DNA of 64,000 nucleotides from contig DF237323.1 of assembly GCA_000708835.1 (NCBI GenBank), positions 26,074 through 90,073 on the forward strand. The letters are read 5' to 3'. Under the pieces are notes generated by a model. It worked only from the letters and a program-made list of their open reading frames with translations, was not told where the DNA came from and made no database searches. The position numbers and the translations under genes were made by a program. Of this stretch, positions 48,451-58,801 are shown in pieces. This DNA comes from Klebsormidium nitens (Eukaryota; Plantae; Klebsormidiophyceae). How positions within the stretch are numbered: position 1 is the stretch's first letter; the number at the start of each line of letters is the position of its first letter.

Positions 48451-51400
48451 TTACGATCGTTTCCACAGCGCCTCTAGAGTTTGTACGGTGCGTTTGGGAG
48501 CTCTCCCGTTCGACACCACTCTAGACGGCTTGCCTTGACCCGAAGTAACTCCCTTTGTAACCCCTGTTCGACTTCCTACTTCCTTGAACAACTTCCCAAT
48601 CTTCTCCTCCTCTTTCTGGAGTTTCATTGCAACGTGAAAGTCGACATGCTCGCGACGTGCACTCGGCTCAGCCGGGAGCGATTCTCCGCACACTGAACAC
48701 TTTTCACCAGCTTTGACTGCTAAACTCTTTTGATTCGAGGTCCCATAGTTTACGCTCGTCGACGCCTCAACGAGAGTATTGCCACTGGGATGGCGTGCCT
48801 GATCGACCTGCTTTGAAGTTGCCGTGAGACTTTTTGCTTTGTCAGGACTCAACGGGACAGGGCTGATCGTCGCGAACGATGAACCGTGTCTAGACGGATA
48901 CGGGTTCCCCTTTTCGAGACCCTTCGCTTCAATGCTTGCTGCTTCGTAGTCAACTGCTTCTGACTGCTCCTCATCGTTCGCTCCGTTCGCTTCCCTGAAG
49001 GTGTTCCGATCCGAGCCGAGCAACCCGCCGTCAGCTCTCAATCCGGCTGGATGGCTCCGCTTCACCTCGTTCTGTTGCACCAGCCCCAGCGCAAATCCGT
49101 TTGTAAGCTGCGGCGCATGTGAAGCGCTCTCTCCGTTTCTCCCTTGAACGGACGGACCCCCACTGACCGACCGTGGGTCGGCCCGCAAACCTCGCTTTTC
49201 CAATCTTACTGACTGTAGATCTTCCCACAGATCCTCTCTCTCATCGCTCTCTTCTCCAGCCTCTAAGTCAAACCCCCGGCCAGGAACCCTTCCCCCCCGG
49301 TCGCCGAAGCGCCCTTCTTCCAGATCCCACGCAGACACAAACCGGTCGTCAAGTTCTTCCCCCGGGCTGGCTAGCCCACCCGGGTTAGCGAACCAAGGCG
49401 CTTTCGCCTCCGCATGCCCGTTCCCAAGCACAGGCTTCACGCCTTCCGCCGCCTCTCTAGTTGCTCTCGCTTCCCGCTTACTGCCGACGTTTGCATGCAG
49501 CACGGAACCCGCATAGGCCCCCGAAACCCTCGGACTTTTCACCCCATACGGGCTGCTTAGAAGGGCGGTTGCCCCGACGTCCAAATCCTCCCTTAGCAGC
49601 TTTTCCGTCGTTCCGAACGAGTTCTTGTCTGCCGCTAAACCATTGCCGAAGCTTCCGGCTCCGCCTGATTCCGGCGGTATCACTCCGCTGCCGTTCTCCC
49701 CCTCGTCTTCCGGCATTGATGCGGAACCACCCGCTGTGTTGTTTATTTCGACTCCGCTACTCAAAGCAACCTCAGGCTCCTGATTGGTCACTCCTCCCAA
49801 CTGGAGTCCGTCCGCTTCCAGTTTGGTTTGCAACAACGGAACCCCGTTCCGTCCCGTTTCGCTTCCGTTTTGCCTCATACCCCCAACAGCTTCCCCCACT
49901 TTTGTCCCAGTCGCTGCATCCCCTCTGCTGGCTTCCTCGCCTCCTCCTCTGCCCCCTTCGAGCAGGTAATCTTTCCGTACCGCTCCAGTTCCGCTCCGCT
50001 CCTTCCTGGCCCACGCGCTCAACAACGAGGGCGTCCCCTTCGCCGCTTCTTCCACGAAGTTGGTCGCCCCGACGTTCAGCTTCACCAGGTGAAACTTCTT
50101 CCCGGCAAACGCTTTCGAGAGAAGCGACATCGCCGATCGAATGAGCGCTTCTTCCCGCCGCGCTTTTGGGAGGCTCGTCGCGACGATGTCAAGGGGCATA
50201 GGACCCGAGGTCGACTGGCCCCTGCAAGAGTTTGACACAAAGTTTTGGCAAGCTTTGACGTGATTTGAGCTGCTAAGCTTGGGGGCCTCAAAAGTAGTTT
50301 GCCGCATTTAACAGACGACTTACTCGGAACGAGGTCGCGGCAGGAGATGGTCAAGAACCACGACGGGCCAGATGATATACTTACGTGACAAAGTCTCTTT
50401 TGAGAAGTCTCTTTTGATTGGCTCACAAGACGATCAAGGACGGGGTACATGTCATACTTTCTCTTAGAGACCCAAACTTAACTCGCCCGCGGTCCTCTTA
50501 GCGCGGCGAACCTACTGCTGAGCAGATGGAAGTCATGCCATATCCCTGCTAATCAGGAGACATAATTTGCTTCTGGTGATGGGCAAAGGCTGAAAACTCA
50601 CTGATAGCTGGCTCCCTTTTGGCGCCACTTGACGGTCAGCGTCTTGGGCCGCCTCCCCGTATCGTCCCGCTCCTCGTCCAGGCGTTCGATGTAGTCGGGG
50701 GCGAGGGCCTTCACAATACCCTGCACAAGGATGGGGGCTGACGCTTAGTGGTGTCTTGATTTCTGAGCTTTGTGATTGCTCGGGTCTTCAAAAACAAAGG
50801 CGACTGTGTGCCTGTTCCGACAAGAGTCCCGCAAAGGTAAGGAGACCGTCAAATGATTTCTTTGAGTTTTGGGGTCTCTAAGCGCTGCGTTGCGACGTAG
50901 ATAGAAGGTGACGTTTTGTTTTTTGAGCCTTCTGAACGCCGAATTCTTCCCGTAAGGAATCCATCATGTGCTTCTTCCACAAAGAGTTCCCGAAGGAGGG
51001 GAGCGCGTCAACCACTTTCTCTTAGGTTTGGGTCTCTTCAGGCTGCAATTTGACGTAGTTAAGAGCGAAAGCCTTAAGATCCCCGTACACGGCAGGAAAA
51101 ACACCCTCAGGGACAGGTGTAATTTGCTCCAAGCTGGAACCTCTAGAGAGCAGTAAGGTGGTCCATGCCATTACGTTAATCACCCACCTCAACCTTTAGC
51201 ATCAGAAGATATGCCAGCGAAGAGTTGCTTCGAGTCTCTTGCCTGCTCAAGTCTGTACTTTCTGCTGACAGCTGGCCTCACCTCCGCTTGCTTCAGGTTC
51301 AGGCACGCCCGGAACGAGTCCTCCACCGACAGCGATTTGGGCGGGCCCTTATCTTCCACCGGGCTCGTGTCGTTCCCCCGGCAGCAATGGTAAATCATGC

Positions 51401-54400
51401 TCCCCACGCGCGCGCCAAACTTGTCTTCCAGTTCGGAGAGCGCGAGCTTTTGCAGGTCGCCGATGGTGTCGACCTTCATCTCGCGTAGTTTGGCGTCGTA
51501 GCTCCAGCCGATGCCTGGGATCTGAAAAGGCGGATTGAGAGAGGGTTAGGGAGGGGTTAGCGGAGGGTTTGAGATATTGGGAAAGATTGGAAGGTCACTG
51601 ATCACGTCGACCTTCATCTCAATCAGCTTGGCGTCGTAGCTCCAGCCGATGCCCGGGATCTAACGGGACGATTTGAGGAGAGTTAGAAAAGGCTTAGAAG
51701 ACGGTTTGAAACAGTTGAAAAAGGTCAGAGGTCGCTACTACTAGGTTTCACGCACTTCCATGCCGTAGCTCCAACTGGTACCCGGTATCTAACAGTTGCA
51801 GAGGGTCAGGAAAGCGTCTGAGGAGACTTTGAGAGCTTTGTTAAAGTGTGGAAGAACGCTGATCATATATTGACTTTTCAGATTCGCAGATTTTGGCGTC
51901 GTAGCTCCAGCCGATGCGGGCAAATGATATGGGTTTTAGATCGAGAAGGAAGAGTTGATAGTAAAGGGATAGTGTCAAGCAAGGGTCAGCAGTCAATCTT
52001 CCTTCCAATGAGATCAGATGCCAGACACTTGTGCAAGGGGTTTAGGTAGAAAAAAGTACGTAAGGCAAAAGCAAACCTTTGAGAAGGATCCAAATCTGCA
52101 ACCCTACCTTCTTTATTAGCACAAGCTAGACTCCTTAGTGAACCCAAAAACTAACTACCAAAGTCAAACAGGCGCAAAGGATTGCGAACACGTTCAGACT
52201 CTCACCTTTCTGGCCGCCAGGTTTTGAATGTGATCCGCCACCGCCCCCGCCAGCATCGTCGTCTGCCCGTTCGGCTTGTTCATCGGGCTCGCCAGCTTCG
52301 CGAGCATCTTATTATGCGCGACTCCCGCGGAACAGCGGCACCCGACCTCCGCCCAGACTGCCTCCCGCACCTCTACTGCCACGTGGCTGCCCACCAGCAG
52401 CAGCCAATCGGAGCCCGCCACGTCAGCACCAAAGTCCAGCTTTTCGGTCGTCTTCAGGACGCCCTCCGGAGCTGGCACCTGGAACCGCACTTGACGGACG
52501 TCCGACCAGTGCCCGGGAAGCTTCCCCCCGGCGGTTTTGCCGGCGGAGATGTGCCCGGGTGAGGGCGTCCCGGTTGGTAACCCCGGATCGGCCTCGTTCC
52601 TCCAGTCCAACCAGCTTGGAGTTTTCGTTCCGAAACCGGCTTCCGGCTCCGATCGCGCCTTCTTTCTCGGGGGCCCGGTTTCGGTTGGTATGTTCCCTGG
52701 GCTTCTTTCTTGTGGTTTCAGGACGCTGCCGAACGCTTCTGCCAGCGAGCCGTATTGCGATCGACCGGGCGGAGTTACTGGGCGGTTAAGGGGAGGGTCA
52801 GAGGAGTCGTTTGCAAACCCAGGGCTGAGGGACGGACGCTGCACAGAATGGCACTGTGAAGCTTCGTGAAATGAGCTTCTTGGGTTGAAGGTTCCAGATT
52901 CGATGTTCTCTGGGTTGAAGGCTTGAGAAGTTGGGATTGAAGGAGCAAGGGCGGCTCCAGATTGAGAGGTTGGCAGAATTGGCGGTCCTGCGGGGAGCAA
53001 AGAAGACTCTGGGTTGTTTGGGTCTGCGGTTTCAGGGGAAGGGGCTCTCATCGGTTGCGCTCCTTCTAACAGAAGCCCATCGACGCCCATGATGACGTCA
53101 GCGTTCCCCCGTTCGCGAGCTTCCGGCCGCATCAGCGGCCACCATCCAGGCGGGACGAACCGCTTCGTTAGTTCGACACGGTCGTTCCTCTCGCCAGAAC
53201 TCCTGCCGTTCTCTGCGAACGCAACTTCCGCTTCCTTTTCTGGCTCTTCCAACGCCACCTCTCTCTCCCCATCCTGCCTTGCTTCAATGTGAGTCAACCC
53301 ATCCCCCCGGCCACCCCCCTCCGTAGGCCCAATCGGGGACCCCCCTTCCCTGGCGGTTCGGTCGTTCTCTAAATCCGAACCAATATTTTGTGCCCGTCCA
53401 CTGAAGGTCACCGAAGCTGACGCCTCCGGTTTCGCCGCAGGAACAGAACGGAGGCCGGGCTCTCCCCTTGGTGTCGCTTGAGAATTGGTCGGCGGATCAA
53501 GTCTGACTAACCCCGTGCCAGAGACCGGATTCTCGGTGGGCCCCGCCAGAACTTTGCCAACGAAGCCGCGATAGAGCGGGTTCGGGCCCGCTGCGAGACT
53601 CAGCCGTTTCCGCACCTCTGCGAAAAGGTGCGAAGCTCGATCAAGTTCTCGGATGTTTCCACTCTGAAGTTGGATGAGATCAACGTGTCCAAACCATTGC
53701 CAATTCGTGCGAAACCGACGCAGACTCCCGGTGTAACAAACAGGAGTCTTACTTGGGAAACCCAAGCAAGCGGCGCAACTAGAACCAGGTTTAGACTTCG
53801 CTGGCAATACCTGAACATCCTGACTCAATTCACATCTCCATTCTGACCGGCGAAGTATGACCTGTTCTAAATGATTCAAATGAAAAAGCCGACCTTGGTC
53901 CCTACAGCTATGCTGCTTGCGCCAAAGCTGTCTTGCAGAACTCGGAAGCTCAAACCCCGAATCGATTGTGAAGACCACGAGTACGAGCAGCTGCCAATCG
54001 GAAGGCTCGAAGACGTACAAAAACTCACGCCAAGGGAGCATAGGCACTCCCAGTGCAGTCGACAAAAACCTGCCCTTTCTGTCAAGTTCGCAGCGCAGGC
54101 GTCGCCACAGATTTCTGAAAAGAGATAGGGAAAAGCAGCGCACCTTCTGTCACGTCTAGATACGCCTCGTCCATCCCGCGCCGCTCCACGACGCCAAAGC
54201 GGCGCATCACCTCCAGTATCCGCTTGCTGACTGCGCGGTAGGGGGTCAGGTCCTCGCCGTTGACGAGAACTAGATCGGGGCAGACGCGCAGCGCGTCCTC
54301 CTTGGGGCACATCTTGGCCACCCCTGAAGTAAGGTACCTCGCTGGTTTAAAGATGTTCTCCACTTTCTGTTTAAAAGTGTAGCGAAAGAAAGCACAAGAA

Positions 54401-55735
54401 CCTGTTGCAGTAGTCAATGTACTTATTGCCTCTTCAGAGCATTTTCTGGCCAATTCTGGGTAATCAGAACGACTATTCTTTGGGAACATTCGTTGGATAC
54501 AGCCGTCTTTGCTTCTTCAAAAAGGCTCCTCCCTGAAGGAAAAGTATCTGTCTGAATCAACTAAGTGTGCCTTCTGCCAGGCTCTTGTGGTCTTTGACTC
54601 CAGTCGGCAACTTTACTTTCAGGTTCTTGAAAAAAGTGTAGCCGCGTGGCGTCGCAACGTACGTGACATGGCAACCTAGCAATGCCATGCTGAGCAGCCC
54701 CCAAAACAGTTGGCTCGAGTTGCTTGTATTTCCTTGCAGAAAGTTTGAAACGTCTTCCAAACAGAAACTTGCTCTTTCAAAACCAACCTTTATGCATAGA
54801 GCCCACCATTATGCAGTTGACATAAAGGATACCCTTTGAAGGGCACAAAGGTAAGATTAAAGAACAAGGGTTGAATCGCACTGCTAAATGAAGGATATGA
54901 CAGAGTTGTGAAAAGCAAAGGAACAAACAGAAGGAGGACATCTGTCGCTCACCAGCGGCGCGAGCGGGGTAGTTGCATGTCACTACCAGGAACTTCTGGT
55001 AGATCCCCAGAGGGCGCCCCTTGAGCTCCGGTCGCCGCGACTCCTCCACTTGAGCTGCAGGAAAAAGCAGAGTGTCTCTTTCCAGCAATGTTCCATTTCC
55101 TACGCTTATACCCCTCTTCGCTGCCCCTTAGCTCTTGTCTTGTCCACCCAGAAAAAGCAGTATCTACTGTAGCATCATAAGCTAGACACAGTACCGGTGC
55201 TTTCATGCTTCCATAGGATGCCTCCTGACCAATCGCTCATCGTTGGTTGAGGCGTAAAGAGGTCCTTGAGTTGCTGTAAAAACTAAACTTTCTTTTTTGC
55301 TCACATAAGGACTGGACTTGATATCTCATGCAGATCACTTTTAGAGTGATCATTGACCACCACGCTTGATTCATTTCCCGCTGTTCTATTCACATACAGA
55401 CCTGACGGACTTTCTGGATTCCTCTTATCTTCACTTCAACTTCCTTTCGACCAGCAACATTCTTGAAGGGATTTGTTGATGCTTTTCAAGGCAAAGCGCT
55501 GGCTGCGGCACTGGCGTAAAAGGGCTGCCAAACCCAATCCAGCTGAATATCAGAGGCATCTTAGGAACGACACGTCAATGGAAATTGACCTCTTAAATGA
55601 GAGATCTAAGCAAGTTTATGAATTTTTAAGTGTTCCACAGCATTCTATGCAAGTCACCAGCGTGACTGCAGACTCACCATAGAAGCAGTCAACATCAATG
55701 TGCAGAATCACACGCTCCGCTCGTGCTGCGTCCAT
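48451..55735 (-). CDS. POLI: Y-family translesion DNA polymerase, Pol iota-like (7 exons, 1293 aa)
   Basis: Exons with GT-AG junctions and consistent phases: 55735-55678, 55054-54953, 54323-54144, 53617-52206, 51521-51282, 50720-50602, 50221-48451 (3882 nt = 1294 codons including stop). Motifs: VILHIDVDCFYAQVE; LKGRPLGIYQKFLVVTCNYPARAAGVAK; CPDLVLVNGEDLTPYR; RGMDEAYLDVTE; LLVGSHVAVEVREAV...SAGVAHNKMLAKLAS..NKPNGQT; IPGIG (HhH); PKSLSVEDSF; PKTLTVKWR; FHLVKLNVGATNF. The finger and palm motifs match remembered Pol iota sequence better than Pol eta or kappa. Confidence 0.92.
48463..48483 (-). other. C-terminal PCNA-interacting (PIP-like) box
   Basis: QTLEALW four residues from the C-terminus; it fits Qxx[L]xx-aromatic and resembles the Pol eta QTLESFF. 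Confidence 0.65.
48616..48699 (-). other. UBZ-type ubiquitin-binding zinc finger in the polymerase C-terminus
   Basis: CSVCGESLPAEPSARREHVDFHVAMKLQ: the CxxC...EHxDxHxAxxLQ pattern typical of the Pol eta UBZ3. Confidence 0.85.
51482..51930 (-). repeat. Tandem ~130-138-bp duplications of the POLI exon-5 acceptor and exon start
   Basis: ATC GGC TGG AGC TAC GAC GCC AA (or a variant) recurs with exon starts at 51521 (true), 51659, 51788 and about 51920. Confidence 0.9.
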
Positions 55736-56693
55736 CTTGGCAGCAGGACCTCTGTCCTAGACCCTCACAATACTCCGCTGAAGCGCGCACTAAGCAAATA
55801 TCTTGTTAAAGGCAGATAGAGAAGAGCGCCGCCACTGGGAATCTCCACAGTCCTCCTATTGTAGCTATCCATCACCTTAATCATAAGCAACAGCTGGTGC
55901 GGATGCTCCTGCCCACTGTGCACTTTTTGACGCAGAAGCGCCCAATCTTTTTACTAAGTTGCAAGTGCTGCCATATTAATCAGCATGCCCACCGCGACCA
56001 AGCCCACACAGACAAGGAGCTTACGTCCACCACAGCGATGGGAAGCGCCCCTTCCTCTGCCGTGGTGACCGTGAAGTTGGTGTTCTGATCAATGTCAAAC
56101 CTGTTCACCTCAAGTTGAGAGGGTTTACTACTTCGTCAATGTGCTGACCCGCTTTCCAACCGTGACGTTGTGGCCGTGACACAAGAAACCGGTTTTGAGA
56201 TTCTGGTCTGAAGGAGCCTACCTGAAGGCCGGCTCTCCTTACTACGCTGACGGTTTTCCAATCCTTATTACAGATAACCCTCTCGCTTGCATGCAAACCC
56301 GCAACCTTCTTACCTTGCAGTACTCTGTAGCTAGCTGCTAGCTGCTAGCTGTGCAAGCTGAGCCGCAGTCCTGAGGTCTTTCGTTCTTGACTCTCTGATT
56401 CAAGAATCAGAACAGCATATCATGGGGGGTTTGCCCAAACATTGAGCTTCAACGTCCGTCTGTCTATCTGATCAGAGCGGGCCGCTCTCTGCAACAGCTG
56501 GACATTGTCTGCAACAGGTGGACATTTCTCCCAGTATCCAAGAAGAGTTGTGTGTAGCCGATTGTTGCAGACTGCCGCTGTCGTCATGGAGGCTTGAAAG
56601 CAAGAGCGGCCGCAACAGTGTGAGCAGCCTGAAAAGTGCCACTTTGGATCCTAGCTTCTGCAAGCCAATGTAGAGTTCTGGAGAAGGAGGGCA

Positions 56694-57637
56694 ATGGCTG
56701 AAAGCACCCGCACTTCTGCTAAAGAGAAATCAGATAGTGGGGCAGAGAAGGCATCAAAAAGGAATATGCAACCAGGAGATGCGCAAGCTGATCTGAGGGC
56801 GGTTCTAGTTCCAGCGAAGTCGGCGGCGGCGACTGCTGAGAAACTAATTCTGAACTTCAGCAGGAGTCGGAAGTAGTGCAGGCATGTCTTGAAAGGAGGA
56901 TATCTTGGCTGGAAGATGAGCTGGTCGAAACAAAGGCCAATGAAGCTGCCGCCAAACAAGCGGAGGCATCTCTGCTTGCTGCTGTCAGCAAGGGGAAGGA
57001 AGACTGTGCTCAGGCGGAGGCGCGTAAAGAGGAGGCAGAAACGAGACTGTTTCAGCGGGAACAGAACCTAGCAAAGTCGGAGGCTCTGAGGGCGCAGGCA
57101 AAAATAAGATGGCTGCAGCAAGGTAGTAAGCTAATAGTAGCGAAGGAGGATTTGGAGTTGGCTAGAAAAAAGGTTTTGGAACTGAAGCAGGGACATTTGG
57201 ACGTTTCCCAGTGATTGAGAGGCGCAAAGGAAGATTGCGCAGAAGCGAATGTGGGATTTGCAGCTGCCCAAAAGAGAGTGGCAGAAGTGACAAGAGAAGC
57301 TTCTGAGTTGCTCAAGTCTTTGAGAGTGTCAAGAGAAGAGTGCAAGGCAACTAGTATGAAGGCTGCAGCAAGCGAGCAAAGGGCCCTGGATGCAGAGAGT
57401 CGGCTGGCTGGCCTTGAAAAAGAGATACGGCAGAACACAGAAAGACTGCGTTCACAAGGTACAGAATCGCCTGGCGCTCTGGTTAGCGGATCTGAGGGTG
57501 ATGAGGCGAGAATGTCGCATCTGGAGAAAGCGCGGTCCTGCTTGCTCTCACTGAACTGGAAGTGCGGGGAGGACGGGTCAACGGCGTTTGAGCATGTAAG
57601 AACTCCTCCTTTGGTTGCTTCTTTATCGCGATCCTGA
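56694..57637 (+). pseudogene. Disabled coiled-coil protein gene
   Basis: Three consecutive A/E/K-rich heptad ORFs: a frameshift near 56876, then an in-frame TGA at 57212-57214 between two same-frame ORFs. Confidence 0.6.
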
Positions 57638-58183
57638 CCTGAAACTTTGTTACCATCGCATCAGAAACAGCAGCTTTGGGTGGTGTCATTGTTCCTGGCT
57701 GCGAGCTACGAGTTTTAAAAGGAAGTGGCATCAAAAGCGAGACGTTTCAGGATACTTTGCAATCGAAGATGCATCAAGGCTGATTAAAAATCAAAAATCA
57801 AAGAGCGACAGCAGAAAGAAGTATGCCGTCGTCAACGGGCCCCCGCAGGCTGATTGTCTCTGCAAGGGTTTGACAGTGGCGTTCTGAGTAGACTGCTCCC
57901 GAAGACTTCTTGTTTTGTAGTCCAGATAGCTCACGCTTTCGAGTCCAACTCGTGAAAATATTAACTGCTGCAATATCCTGATGGAGAGTCGACACAGTGC
58001 AACTTTAATTCGCTGAAATCTGGACATCCTGTACGTAGTGTCTGGTTCACTGGCAGCTCAATCTGTCTGTGTTTCGTCGACCCGTTTGCATTGCAAAGAT
58101 TTCGCTTACAGAAGGATGGCCTTTCTTGTTTTCTAGGACCTTGCGCAATTGCTTGCCAGGGATCGCGACGAAAGCGAACGGGT

Positions 58184-58801
58184 ATGCTCTGGGCCCATGG
58201 CGCGGCAGAAGGAATGGAAAGAGGGGCTGTGGAGGCGGAGGGCCGAGGGGGTGCGCATTCGGAAGCCCTATTCAGAGCGGAGCGGAAAGTGAACGAACTT
58301 GAGGGGGAGCGAATTAGGGCGGAGCAGAAATCGGCCGAGCTTGAGAAAGAGCGAGCCAGGGCGGAAGAAAGATCCTTTGCATCCGAGAAAGGCCGAATGG
58401 GAGCGGAAGAAAAAGTGGCCGAACTCGAGAGGGAGCGAAATGAAGCGAATGAGAGGTTTGCCGAGCTCGAGGGGAAGCGAATTAGAGCGGAGGAAACTAT
58501 CGCTGAGTTCGAGAGAGAGCGGACTAGAACGGGGGAGGAAATGGCCGAGCTCGAGAAAGGCCAAACGAAAGCGGAGCGCAAAATTGCTAAGCTCGAGAGG
58601 AGACTGAGAAAGCAGTCGGCGAGCTTGAAGAAGAGCGAAGCAGAACGGACGAATTATTTGCCAAGCCGGATAGGGAGCGGGAATCGAAAGCAAGGCGTCT
58701 CACTTAGCTGGAAATTTTCTTCGGATAAGTGGTGCTTCCCAAAGAAGAGGTCCTGCACCAAGCAAACGGAACCACGAAAGGAGAGGAGGCGTCTTTGCTA
58801 A
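58184..58801 (+). CDS. Coiled-coil protein with a 14-aa tandem repeat
   Basis: AELEKERARAEERS / AELERERNEANERF / AELEGKRIRAEETI / AEFERERTRTGEEM / AELEKGQTKAERKI, with 42-nt periodicity; first ATG at 58184; may be an exon of a larger gene. Confidence 0.55.
   Translation: MLWAHGAAEGMERGAVEAEGRGGAHSEALFRAERKVNELEGERIRAEQKSAELEKERARAEERSFASEKGRMGAEEKVAELERERNEANERFAELEGKRIRAEETIAEFERERTRTGEEMAELEKGQTKAERKIAKLERRLRKQSASLKKSEAERTNYLPSRIGSGNRKQGVSLSWKFSSDKWCFPKKRSCTKQTEPRKERRRLC

Noticed and set aside
49461-50144. Long antisense ORFs (49461..50144 +, 24467..24934 -, 57961..58581 -, 58268..58693 -)
   Set aside because: These are shadow ORFs opposite GC-rich or repetitive real exons, with no independent motifs.
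51540-51565. TTAGGG telomere-like words
   Set aside because: Only one or two imperfect copies; on the coding strand they are the CTAAC branch-point and pyrimidine tract of the intron.
53618-54143. First ~176 aa of the 649-aa ORF 52194..54143 as coding
   Set aside because: A GT donor at 54143 and an acceptor ttttcgcag at 53618 join YLDVTE-E-VRKRL in phase, as in Pol iota; the intervening sequence is an intron that happens to be open.
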